Positions 1-9,104 of a stretch of 64,000 nt of DNA are shown in pieces (the first letter of the stretch is position 1; every line of letters begins with the position of its first letter). A program made the position numbers and the translations under genes. The stretch is from positions 2,112,001 through 2,176,000 of the forward strand of contig OY760183.1 in the NCBI GenBank assembly GCA_963663275.1. Direction: 5' to 3'. The notes below the pieces were generated by a model. That model was given only the letters and a program-made list of their open reading frames with translations, searched no databases and was not told the DNA's origin. This stretch comes from Chloroflexota bacterium (GTDB taxonomy: Bacteria > Chloroflexota > UBA11872 > VXOZ01).

Positions 1-1155
1 GTAGCCGTCGGAGGCGAAGGGCGCGCCTTGGACGACGTATTCCCGGTCTGACGACGCGTACGCATCCTCCAGGTGGTTGAAGATAGGGTGCTCCGTGCTC
101 GTTTCGCTGCCCGGCAGGAAGCGCAGTTCCAGTTCATATTCGGGGTACTCGCCGTCGAAGCCCTCGATGCCGTCGAGGTAGTTGTTGACGAACGTCTTGA
201 CCTCGTTGACGTGTTCTTCCTCCGTGGTGCCGGGGTAGACCTCGCACCACATGTTGGCGTAGCAGGAGGGCGGCGCGGCGCCCTGGTCCTCGGCAAACGT
301 GTCGCCGCCGCCGCCGATCTGCGAAACGTAGAGCGGCAGGCCCGGCTCGTGGGCGTAGAGCGTCGGGGTGGGAATCTCGCGATTGCGCTTGAGGTTGTAC
401 TGCCGCAGCGCCTCGATGACCCAGGCGATCTTGTACGACGAACTCACCCGCTCCACGCCGCCCAGCGCCATGCCCGCCTCGCCCTGCACGGTTATCCTCC
501 ACTGGCCCCCGCCGCGGGTGGCCGCCGCCACGTGCATGTTCGTCGGTTCGCAGTTGATGGCAATGTCGGCGTTGTAGCCTTTGAGGCGACAGGCCAGCGT
601 GCCGTGTGAGCCGCCGAATTCTTCATCCGAGACGCTCTCGACGATGACATCGCCTTTCTGAGGCAGTCCAAGTTCGCGCAGGCAACGAATGGCAAAGAGC
701 GCGGTGGCGATGCCGGCCTTGGTGTCGTAGGCGCCGCGGCCGTACATCTTGCCGTCGATGATGTCGGCGCTAAAGGGCGCAGCTTCCGTCCAGAGCGCCG
801 GGTCGTCCGCGCCTACCGTGTCGATGTGACTTGACATAAGGATAGACTTGCCGCCGCCGGAGCCGCGAAAGACCCCGACGACGCACGGGCGGTCTTCCAG
901 GTTGCGGGGCATGTCTCCCCATACCGGATGGTAGACGGGGTGCTCGGTAAGGCCGGGCACGTCAATCGGATCGAAAACGTCCACCTCCGCGCCGGCCTGG
1001 CGAAACGCCTGGGCCACGAATTCCTGCGCGGCGGCCTCGTGTCCCTCCGGCGGAAGCGATTCGGACGGGATCCGCACCAGTTGCTGCAGGAATTCCACGA
1101 GTTCCTCACTATGCTCTGCTACCCAGTTGTCGATTTGCTGCGCCGTGCCGGCCAT
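1..1155 (-). CDS. M20/ArgE-DapE family metallopeptidase/deacylase (runs off window start)
   Basis: Missing from the ORF track because it is open at the edge. Hand translation from ATG 1155 (GGAG RBS upstream): MAGTAQQIDNWV..LVRIPS..SHIDTV..GKMYGRGAYDTKAG..SDEEFGG..NCEPT, which are M20 metal-binding motifs. Confidence 0.85.
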   Translation of the reverse strand, partial: MAGTAQQIDNWVAEHSEELVEFLQQLVRIPSESLPPEGHEAAAQEFVAQAFRQAGAEVDVFDPIDVPGLTEHPVYHPVWGDMPRNLEDRPCVVGVFRGSGGGKSILMSSHIDTVGADDPALWTEAAPFSADIIDGKMYGRGAYDTKAGIATALFAIRCLRELGLPQKGDVIVESVSDEEFGGSHGTLACRLKGYNADIAINCEPTNMHVAAATRGGGQWRITVQGEAGMALGGVERVSSSYKIAWVIEALRQYNLKRNREIPTPTLYAHEPGLPLYVSQIGGGGDTFAEDQGAAPPSCYANMWCEVYPGTTEEEHVNEVKTFVNNYLDGIEGFDGEYPEYELELRFLPGSETSTEHPIFNHLEDAYASSDREYVVQGAPFASDGY

Positions 1156-1314
1156 TGGTTGTCTCCTTACGCTGTGCTGTCGTCATACGCGCTGCTCGCG
1201 CCGCCGCGGCCCGGACCGAGCGGCCCGGCCGCGCGCGGGCTGCGAGGAGCGCCGCGTGGTTCTATGGTATCGTATGGATACTACGTGTCAACGAAGAGGG
1301 AAGGTGAGGCGAAC

Positions 1315-2439
1315 ATGACGAGCGCGGCACAGGCGACAGATACGATGGCGGCTCCGGCGCTGGGCAAGCCGCTTACCATAGACGACCTCGATACGCCGGC
1401 CATGGTGGTGGACCTGGACCGCTTGCAGGCGAATATCAACGAATTGCAGAGCTATTGCGACGCCCACGGCCTGAACAACCGGCCCCACATCAAGACGCAC
1501 AAAGTTACCTACATCGCCAAGATGCAACTCGACGCCGGCGCTACCGGCATCGCGTGCCAGAAACTGGGCGAGGTGGAGGTGATGGTGGAGGCGGGCATCA
1601 CCGGCGACATCATGCTCTGCTACAACGTGATGGGCCGGCAGAAACTGGAGCGCCTGCGCGCGGTCTCGCAACTGACGGACATCACGCTCACGGTCGATTC
1701 GGAGTATACGGCGCGGGGGATTTCCGCCTTTGCCGACCCCAATCATCCGATCAACCTGGTGGTGGAACTCGCCATGCCGAATTTCGAACGCACCGGCGTG
1801 GCGACGAAAGAAGACGCCCTGGCGCTGGGTAAAGTCATCGACAAGCTGCCGGGCGTGCATTTTCGCGGTCTCATGATGTATCCCACGACGAAACCGGAAC
1901 AGCAAGAGGCGGCGGCCGCGGCGTGGGAGTACTTCAAGGAGCAGGGCCTGCCGCCGGAGATCGTCAGCGGCGGCGGCTCGGTGGACTTCCACGACCTGCA
2001 CCGGATTCCTCATGCGACCGAGGTGCGCGTCGGCACGTTCAACTACGGCGACCGCAATACCGTCGGCAACGGCGTGATGACCTACGAACAATGCGCCCAG
2101 CACTTCATTTGCACCGTCGTAAGCAAGCCGACGCCGGAGCGCGTCATCCTGGACGGCGGCACCAAGACGTTCACCAGCGATATGCCGCAGGTTGGCGATC
2201 CCCGCAGTGTGTTCTGCCACATTTTGGAGTACCCGGAAGCACGCATCTTCGCCCAGTCCGAGGAGCACGGCCACGTGGACGTGAGCCAATGCGCGCGCAC
2301 GCCGGAAATCGGCGAGCGGGTCTCCGTAATCCCCAACCACGCCTGCGGCGCGACCAACAACTTCGACGAGGTGGTGATGCACCGCAACGGCGAGGTGGTG
2401 GCAATCTGGCCGATCTGGGCGCGGGGGAAGATTCGCTAA
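1315..2439 (+). CDS. PLP-dependent alanine-racemase-fold enzyme (D-threonine aldolase / D-serine dehydratase-like)
   Basis: DLDTPAMVVDLD, RPHIKTHK (PLP Lys), SEEHG, IPNHAC; ATG 1315 after AGGTGAGG. Confidence 0.85.
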   Translation: MTSAAQATDTMAAPALGKPLTIDDLDTPAMVVDLDRLQANINELQSYCDAHGLNNRPHIKTHKVTYIAKMQLDAGATGIACQKLGEVEVMVEAGITGDIMLCYNVMGRQKLERLRAVSQLTDITLTVDSEYTARGISAFADPNHPINLVVELAMPNFERTGVATKEDALALGKVIDKLPGVHFRGLMMYPTTKPEQQEAAAAAWEYFKEQGLPPEIVSGGGSVDFHDLHRIPHATEVRVGTFNYGDRNTVGNGVMTYEQCAQHFICTVVSKPTPERVILDGGTKTFTSDMPQVGDPRSVFCHILEYPEARIFAQSEEHGHVDVSQCARTPEIGERVSVIPNHACGATNNFDEVVMHRNGEVVAIWPIWARGKIR

Positions 2440-2479
2440 CTGGAAGTGTCACTCCGGCGGAAGCTAGAGTCTATCGGGG

Positions 2480-2791
2480 GAGACATTTGCATTACTCCGT
2501 CATTCCGGCGGAAGCCGGAATCCAGGGCGCTCCTACACCTAAAGATAGCATGAAGTCAACCCAGTTAACCTCCAACCCAACCTTCACCCTCAATGGGCTG
2601 ATAGGGTTATGTACTCCAAAATCGACTTCACTTGTCATTCCGAACGGAGCGCAGCGGAGAGAGGAATCTGATGCGCAGCCCCGCAAAACCAGCATCTCTA
2701 GATTCCGCGAACCCTGTTCGACGCTCCGCTCGGAATGACACTTACAGACCCCTGTCAGCCCTCAATGGGAAAGGGGCTATGCAAAAGTCTC
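2480..2791. mobile_element. Composite MITE, outer element, copy 1 (312 bp)
   Basis: Terminal inverted repeats GAGACATTTGCATTAC / GCTATGCAAAAGTCTC; flanks CGGGG / CGTGG; colinear with 57129-57444. Confidence 0.75.
2597..2759. mobile_element. Inner MITE copy A carrying a REP doublet
   Basis: Ends GCTGATAGGG / CCCTGTCAGC; perfect 9-bp direct repeat CCTCAATGG at 2588-2596 and 2760-2768; internal TGTCATTCCGAACGGAGCG..CGCTCCGCTCGGAATGACA. Confidence 0.75.
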
Positions 2792-2892
2792 CGTGGGTCG
2801 AGCGGATGGATTCCGGCTTGCGCCGGAATGACGGACTCCGCTGACAATCTCCGTGTGAACAATGCGTTTGCAACGAAGGAAAGTATCGCTAA

Positions 2893-3918
2893 ATGGTCGT
2901 AGACAAGAACGTCGCCTACGCCGGGGGCTGGTACCCGCACCACAACGATCAAGACCTGGAAGAAATCAAGGCCGCCGGCTGCACCTCGATCAACATGACG
3001 CTGAACGAGAGCGACTGGTACGTCTTTCGCGCGGCCCGGGAGCGGATCGTGGCCAAGGCGCGGGAGTTGGGGCTCAAAGTCTACCTGAATTGGCACGGCT
3101 TTGGCGCGTTCGCCTCCTACATCCAGTCCACGCGCTATCTCCAGGAGAACCCGGACGCCGCACAGTATTTCTCAAACGGCGTTCGCTCCACGGAGGCGAT
3201 GGCGTGTCCGAACAACCCGGCATACGCCGCCTGGATGGAGGAACGGGCGCGGGAGATCATCGCGCACTTCCAGCCGGACGGCGTTTTCTGGGACGAACCG
3301 CACTTTTCCAGCGACAGCAACTTTCCCAACGTGTGGGCCTGCCGTTGCGCCTCATGCCAGGAGGGGTTTTCGCGCCGCTACAAGCGCGCCATGCCCACGC
3401 TGCTCGATGACGACGTGCGCCAATTTCGCCAGGATTCGCTGCTGGTCTTCCTGACGCGGCTCTTGCGCGTTGGCCGGGAGGTGAGCGGCGGCGAGAACGT
3501 GCTCTGCCTGATGCCGCTGGACGAGAGCGGCAACCATCCGGCCTCGGGTCCCGGCTGGTACGGCGTGGACGATTGGGAGCCGTTCGTCGCGGTGCCCGAG
3601 GTGGACGTGTTCTCCACCGATCCGTATTGGATCCATCGCCACGGCGGGGACTGGGACTACTTCACGCAAAACACCCGCAAGGCAATCGACCTATCGCACA
3701 AGTACCAAAAGCCCTGCCAGATCTGGGTGCAGTCCATCTGGATACCGCCCAACAAAGAACCCGAAGTCAAGCGCACTATCCTGGCCGCCGCCGAGATGGG
3801 CGCGGACATGCTGGCGGTGTGGTCGTTCCTGGGCGAACCGGGCGGCACGCTCTACGACTGGGGCGGCGATCCGGCGCTGGCGTGGCAGAACGTGGTAGAG
3901 GCGTACCGGCAATTGTAA
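2893..3918 (+). CDS. Glycoside-hydrolase-like TIM-barrel protein
   Basis: DLEEIKAAGC, ARELGLKV, ACPNNP, DGVFWDEPH, CRCASC, STDPYW; directly upstream of a sulfatase. Confidence 0.55.
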   Translation: MVVDKNVAYAGGWYPHHNDQDLEEIKAAGCTSINMTLNESDWYVFRAARERIVAKARELGLKVYLNWHGFGAFASYIQSTRYLQENPDAAQYFSNGVRSTEAMACPNNPAYAAWMEERAREIIAHFQPDGVFWDEPHFSSDSNFPNVWACRCASCQEGFSRRYKRAMPTLLDDDVRQFRQDSLLVFLTRLLRVGREVSGGENVLCLMPLDESGNHPASGPGWYGVDDWEPFVAVPEVDVFSTDPYWIHRHGGDWDYFTQNTRKAIDLSHKYQKPCQIWVQSIWIPPNKEPEVKRTILAAAEMGADMLAVWSFLGEPGGTLYDWGGDPALAWQNVVEAYRQL

Positions 3919-3930
3919 GAGGGAGACGCC

Positions 3931-5412
3931 GTGGCCGCGGCCCAACCGAACATCCTGCTCATAACCACCGACCAGCAGCGTTACGACGCCTCCGGGGGCG
4001 CGGGTCCGTCATTTCTCCGCACGCCGCACTACGACCGCCTGCGGTATGAAGGTGTCGAGTTTACCAGCGGCTATACCGACGATCCGGTGTGCGTGCCCTC
4101 GCGCATGGGCATCATGACCGGCAAGCAGGTGTTTTCCCACGGCATGACCGGCAACGGCATTACGTCGCGGATTCTCGGTAGACAGGGCACGCTGCCGTGG
4201 TACCTGCGCGAGTTGGGTTACCAGACGATTGCCATCGGCAAGATGCACTTTGGGCCGGAGCGGGCGCGGCACGGCTTCGACGAGATGATCCTGCCGGACG
4301 ACTACTACCGGCAGATGCGGCACTCGGGCAACGACCTCCAACCCATGCGGCACGGCCTGGGACAGAACGAACTCTATCCGGGCATGGCCACCGTGCCGGA
4401 AGCCTTGACCCTGACCTCCTGGATTGCCGAGCAGTGCGTGCAGTATATTCACTTCCGCCGGGATCCGTCGGTGCCGTTCTTCCTGTGGTGCTCGTTCACC
4501 AAGCCGCACCCGCCGTTCGACCCGCCGGAGCCGTACTACTCGATGTACCGCCAAGAGGCGATCCCCGAACCGGCAATTGGCGATTGGCGCGATACGGACG
4601 AGTGTCCGCCGGCCTTCGCCAAGCAACAGAAGCGCCGTTCTTACGACATCCTGCCGCCGGAGGTCATTCGCGAGGCGCGGGCCGCCTACTACGGCTTGAT
4701 TACGCAGATCGACTACAACCTGGCGCGGGTGTACAGCGCGCTGGAAGACCTCCGGTTGTACCACGACACGCTCATCATCTATACCTCCGACCACGGCGAG
4801 TTTCTGGGCGACCACCGCGCCGGGGCCAAGAGCCACTTCCACGAGCCGTCGGCGCACGTGCCGTTCGCCATGCGCATGCCGAGCAACTGGGACAACCGCT
4901 GCCACGGCACGCGGGTTACGACGCCGGTTACCCATGCCGACATTCTGCCGACGCTGGTGCGCGCGGCCGGAGGCGAGCCGCCCGCGGACACCGACGGGCA
5001 AGACCTGGTGGCGGTGGCGCGGGGCGAGCACGATTCGCCGCGCCGCTACCTGGAAGGCATGAACGGGCCGGGCCCCACGGGCAAGGACCTGCGCCTGGAT
5101 TGCGTCTATCTGGCGATTACGGATGGACGGTGGAAGTACATCTGGTATCCGGAGGGTCCCGCCGAGCAACTCTTCGACGTGGAATCCGACCCGCAGGAGC
5201 GGCGCAACCTGGCTCATGCGCCTGAAGTCGCCGCCGTGAAGGAAGAACTGCGGGACGAACTCATGAGCCGGCAGCGGGAACGCGGCGGCGGCTACCTGGA
5301 GGATGGGGCGCTGCCGGAACGCCCCGCGCTGCACGTGCCCGAAAACGAGATGCGCAATCAAGGGCAGCCCGGCGCGCATACGGAATACTGGCCGATAGAC
5401 GTACGGCACTGA
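3931..5412 (+). CDS. Sulfatase (formylglycine type)
   Basis: PNILLITTDQQR, CVPSR (CxPxR), GKMH, KPHPP, YTSDHGE. Confidence 0.92.
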   Translation: MAAAQPNILLITTDQQRYDASGGAGPSFLRTPHYDRLRYEGVEFTSGYTDDPVCVPSRMGIMTGKQVFSHGMTGNGITSRILGRQGTLPWYLRELGYQTIAIGKMHFGPERARHGFDEMILPDDYYRQMRHSGNDLQPMRHGLGQNELYPGMATVPEALTLTSWIAEQCVQYIHFRRDPSVPFFLWCSFTKPHPPFDPPEPYYSMYRQEAIPEPAIGDWRDTDECPPAFAKQQKRRSYDILPPEVIREARAAYYGLITQIDYNLARVYSALEDLRLYHDTLIIYTSDHGEFLGDHRAGAKSHFHEPSAHVPFAMRMPSNWDNRCHGTRVTTPVTHADILPTLVRAAGGEPPADTDGQDLVAVARGEHDSPRRYLEGMNGPGPTGKDLRLDCVYLAITDGRWKYIWYPEGPAEQLFDVESDPQERRNLAHAPEVAAVKEELRDELMSRQRERGGGYLEDGALPERPALHVPENEMRNQGQPGAHTEYWPIDVRH

Positions 5413-5433
5413 GGGCTTGCACAAGGCGCAAGG

Positions 5434-6411
5434 GTGAGGACTATGCCGAGCGTGTTCAGCAGAGCGCGGGCCGCGGCTTCCAACCTGGGGACGGGTCTGG
5501 CCGGCATCCGCCGCATGAAGAAGCCGGACTTTAGCTCCGTGGACGCGGACATGCGCGGCAAGGTCTGCGTTGTCACGGGCGCGAACTCCGGCATCGGCAA
5601 GGAAACGGCGCTTAGCCTGGCGGCAATGGGCGCGACGGTGGCGCTGATTTGCCGGAGCGAGTCGCGGGGTACTGAAGCGTTGAATGAGATTAGGAAGCGC
5701 AGCGGCAACGACGCCGTTTCGCTCGTGGTGGCAGATTTCAGTTCCCAGCGGCAGGTGCGCGACGCGGCCGCGGCGATTCTCGAGCGGTTCGACCGCCTCG
5801 ACGTGCTGGTGAACAACGCGGGCGTGACGCCGTGGGAGCGGCGGGTGACGGCGGAAGGCGGCTTGGAGCTGATCTTCGCGGTGAACCACCTCGCGCCGTT
5901 CCTGCTGACGAATCTGCTGCTGGAGCGGCTCAAGGCCAGCGCGCCGGCGCGGATTGTGACCGTCAGTTCCGGGGCGCACCGGCGGGTCGCGCTCGACTTC
6001 AACGACCTGCAGAACGAGCAGAACTACGTTCCCTTTGACGTCTACAGCCAGTCGAAACTGGCGAACGTGTACTTTACGTATGAGTTGGCGCGCCGCTTGG
6101 AGGGGACGGGTGTGACGGCCAACTGCCTCCATCCCGGCGTGGTCTCGACCGCGCTCTTCCGGCATTTGCCGCCGTTCCTGGGGTTCGCGGTCGCGCTGGC
6201 GCGCCCGTTGCTGCTCACGCCCGCGCAGGGGGCCGATACAACGGTCTACCTGGCCGCGGGGCGCGAGGTCGGCGAGGTGAGCGGCCGCTATTTCGAGCGG
6301 CGCAAAGCGGTGGAATCGTCACCCAACTCCTACGATACGGACGCGGCGCGGCGGCTTTGGGAGATCAGCGAGGCGCTGACGGCGCGGTCTGAGAGCGCAA
6401 GCGACGGTTAG
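5434..6411 (+). CDS. SDR oxidoreductase (retinol-dehydrogenase-like)
   Basis: TGANSGIG, NNAG, YSQSK, HPGVV; true start may be 5515. Confidence 0.9.
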   Translation: MRTMPSVFSRARAAASNLGTGLAGIRRMKKPDFSSVDADMRGKVCVVTGANSGIGKETALSLAAMGATVALICRSESRGTEALNEIRKRSGNDAVSLVVADFSSQRQVRDAAAAILERFDRLDVLVNNAGVTPWERRVTAEGGLELIFAVNHLAPFLLTNLLLERLKASAPARIVTVSSGAHRRVALDFNDLQNEQNYVPFDVYSQSKLANVYFTYELARRLEGTGVTANCLHPGVVSTALFRHLPPFLGFAVALARPLLLTPAQGADTTVYLAAGREVGEVSGRYFERRKAVESSPNSYDTDAARRLWEISEALTARSESASDG

Positions 6412-6484
6412 TTTCGATAGACGCGGTGAAGAGTGGACGGCCTGGGTTGGCCGCTCTCGAAGCCGATGTAGTAGAGGAAGTACG

Positions 6485-7765
6485 ATGGAATTGCACAGGC
6501 GGCGTTTCCTGCGCTTGGCGGGCGCCGGTCTTGGCGCGCTTGCGCTGGGCGGCGGCGCGGCGTGCGGGCGCGTGGAATACCGCGAGACGGCGGCTGAACC
6601 GCGGGCGGCGGGGCCAACCACCCCGCTCAAGCTCGGCCTGCTGCTGAACTTCAGCCAAGGGGCCACGGAGCGGGCAATCGAGCGAGAGCGGGCCTTCGAG
6701 TTGGCGCTGGCGCACGTCAATGCTGGGGGCGGGGTGTTTGGCATGCCGGTGGAAAGCGCGGCGGCGGACACCACCCGCGACCCGGCGGTTGCCATGGCGG
6801 CGGCGCGGCGCTTGATCGAGGAAGAGGGCGTGCACGCCGTTGTCGGCCCCAACTCCAGCGCGAACTCGCTGCCGGTAGCGGAGCAGGTGGCCGGGCCGGC
6901 GGGCATTCCGCTCATCAGTCCTTCCGCCACGTCGCCGCTGCTGACGAACGCGGCGGACAGCGATTTCTTCTTCCGCACGGCTCTTTCGGATAGCGCCCAG
7001 GGCCCGGTGCTGGCGGGCGTCACGTGGGAGCGCGGCTTCACCAACGTCGGTGTCATCTACTATGACGACGCCTGGGGCCAGGGCTTGGCCGGCGCGTTTG
7101 CCGCCGCGTGGGAAGGCGAGATCACCGTTGTGGTGTATGACCCCGAATCGACTACCGTGGCCGACGCGGTGCGTGCCAGCGGCGGCGCGCAGATCCTGAT
7201 TGTGATTGCCTTCGAGGAGGCGGCTGAGGCCATCGTGCAAGAGGCGCTGGCGCAAGGGTTGTACGACCAATTCGCCTTTGGCGACGCCGCGAAGAGTCCG
7301 GCGTTGGCGCGGGCCATTGGCGGCGAGCGGCTGGCCGGGGCCTACGGCACGTCGAGCACGTCCGCGCCGCAGAGCGCCTCCGCCGCCGCCTGGGATGCGG
7401 CGTACGCCGCCGCTTACGGGGCCTTGCCGGAGTACGCCTACGTCAAAGAGTCGTACGACGCCGCGATTGCGCTGGCGCTGGCGGCCCAGGCCGCCGGCAG
7501 CGTGGAGGGCGCCGCCATCCGCGACCGGCTGCGCACGATTGGCAGCGCGCCGGGCACAGTGGTCACCGCCGGGGCGGAGAGCATCGCCGCCGGCCTGCGG
7601 GTGTTGGCGGCGGGCGGCGCGGTCGATTACGAGGGCGCGGCCACTACGCTGGATTGGGACGAAAACGGCGATCTGCGGCGCGGCCACGTCGGCGTCTGGC
7701 GCTTCACGGCGGACGCGCGCATCGAGGAAGTCGAAACTGTCCCCATCGAGATGCCGGCGCCTTAA
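6485..7765 (+). CDS. Branched-chain amino acid-type ABC solute-binding lipoprotein (Tat signal)
   Basis: RRRFL twin-arginine signal followed by Cys; VNAGGGVFG, ISPSATSP, FFRTA. Confidence 0.85.
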   Translation: MELHRRRFLRLAGAGLGALALGGGAACGRVEYRETAAEPRAAGPTTPLKLGLLLNFSQGATERAIERERAFELALAHVNAGGGVFGMPVESAAADTTRDPAVAMAAARRLIEEEGVHAVVGPNSSANSLPVAEQVAGPAGIPLISPSATSPLLTNAADSDFFFRTALSDSAQGPVLAGVTWERGFTNVGVIYYDDAWGQGLAGAFAAAWEGEITVVVYDPESTTVADAVRASGGAQILIVIAFEEAAEAIVQEALAQGLYDQFAFGDAAKSPALARAIGGERLAGAYGTSSTSAPQSASAAAWDAAYAAAYGALPEYAYVKESYDAAIALALAAQAAGSVEGAAIRDRLRTIGSAPGTVVTAGAESIAAGLRVLAAGGAVDYEGAATTLDWDENGDLRRGHVGVWRFTADARIEEVETVPIEMPAP

Positions 7766-7798
7766 GTCCGATTTCCTGTCCTCTCTCCCTGGGGAGAG

Positions 7799-7947
7799 GC
7801 CGACAGGGGAATGTAGTCAACAATCGGCATCATGTGTCATTCCGAACGGAGCGCAGCGGAGTGAGGAATCTAGAATACAGCCCCGCAGAACCGGCATCTC
7901 TAGATTCCTCGCTCCGCTCGGAATGACAGATGCCTACCCCTGTCAGC
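7799..7947. mobile_element. Inner MITE copy B, inserted in a CCCTCTCC-type palindrome
   Basis: Ends GCCGACAGGGG / CCCCTGTCAGC; same internal REP doublet; flanks TGGGGAGAG / ATGGAAGAG (6/9). Confidence 0.65.
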
Positions 7948-8036
7948 ATGGAAGAGGGTTGGCGTGAGGGGATTCTTCACCGCCCGGCGCGGTTGGCGCC
8001 GCAAGAACGAGCAATCTACCTTGGAAAGAGTGAAAG

Positions 8037-8960
8037 ATGAACAGTTTTCACGGCGTCCTGGCGGTTCTCCCGACGCCGTTCTTGCCGGATGAATCGCTGG
8101 ACTACGACAGTTTGCGCCGCTTGACCGGTTACACATTGTCAGAGGGAACCCATGGCGTCGTGTGCCTGGGGCTCGCCAGCGAAACGAACCGCCTGAGCGA
8201 GGCAGAGAAGCGGCGGGTAGTGGACACGGTCGTGGCGCAGGTGGATGGGCGCGCGCCGGTGATTGCCGGGCTGCAGGCGGCGTCCACGGTGGAGGCCGCC
8301 CGCATGGCGCGTTGGCTGGCGGAAGCGGGCGTGGTCGGCCTCATGGTCTTGCCGCCGCCCGGTCCCGTGGACATGGCGGGCGTCGCGCAGTTCTACACGG
8401 CGGTAGCGGCTGCCGCGGACGTGCCCATCATGGTGCAGGACTGCCCGCAAGTGGTGGGTTACGGGCTCACCGCCGACATAATCGGACAGATGGCGGCGCG
8501 CAGCCCGAATATCCGATACGTCAAACTGGAGGCGCAGCCCGCTTGGCCCCTGATGGAGGCGCTGCGCGCGCAACTTGGCGACCGCCTCGAAATGCTCGTG
8601 GGCTGGGGCGGCATCGGCTTCATCGAGGCGCTGGAGCGCGGCGCGGTCGGCTGTATGCCGGGGGCCGACGCCATCAGTCCCATGGCGCAGGTTTATGAAC
8701 GGTTCGTCGCCGGAGACGTCGATACGGCGCGCGCCATCTATGCCGCTGTCTTGCCGGTGCTGGTGACAAAGGGCGCGAGCGTGCAGACGTTCATTCAATC
8801 CGCCAAGTATCTGCTCGCGTGCGCCGGGGCGATTGACCACGCCACCGTGCGGCAGCCGGTCACCGCGCTGGACGCGCAGTCGCTGCGCGAACTCGAAACG
8901 TGGTCGCGCTTGGCGGACGAGGCTTTGGGTCAATATGCTGCCGGTGTGAATCTGCCGTGA
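8037..8960 (+). CDS. Dihydrodipicolinate synthase family aldolase/lyase
   Basis: LPTPF, GLASE, YVKLE (Schiff-base Lys), GAVGCMPG. Confidence 0.88.
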   Translation: MNSFHGVLAVLPTPFLPDESLDYDSLRRLTGYTLSEGTHGVVCLGLASETNRLSEAEKRRVVDTVVAQVDGRAPVIAGLQAASTVEAARMARWLAEAGVVGLMVLPPPGPVDMAGVAQFYTAVAAAADVPIMVQDCPQVVGYGLTADIIGQMAARSPNIRYVKLEAQPAWPLMEALRAQLGDRLEMLVGWGGIGFIEALERGAVGCMPGADAISPMAQVYERFVAGDVDTARAIYAAVLPVLVTKGASVQTFIQSAKYLLACAGAIDHATVRQPVTALDAQSLRELETWSRLADEALGQYAAGVNLP

Positions 8961-9104
8961 AGAGATTATGGAGGACGACGAACTGCCGTGTTGCCGCACG
9001 CGCGCTCGGCTGAAATGTGCCCGCCGTAGCGCGCTTAGCCGGAACGTCGAGCCTGGCCGCGGCGCGGGGCCGGCGTTCCTGACGTTCATTGCAAGGAGAA
9101 TCGC

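Larger units (their letters stand above)
2448..2832. repeat. GTCATTCCGGC-type REP palindromes (2448-2471 degenerate, 2499-2523, 2808-2832 inverted)
   Basis: GTCATTCCGGCGGAAGCCGGAATCC hairpins; relatives at 22674-22698 and 57148-57172. Confidence 0.75.

Noticed and set aside
2492-2844. Short ORFs overlapping the repeats (also 7654-7926, 11449-11933, 56981-57202)
   Set aside because: They are translations of REP/MITE sequence (VIPAEAGIQ, SFRTERSG), not credible genes.
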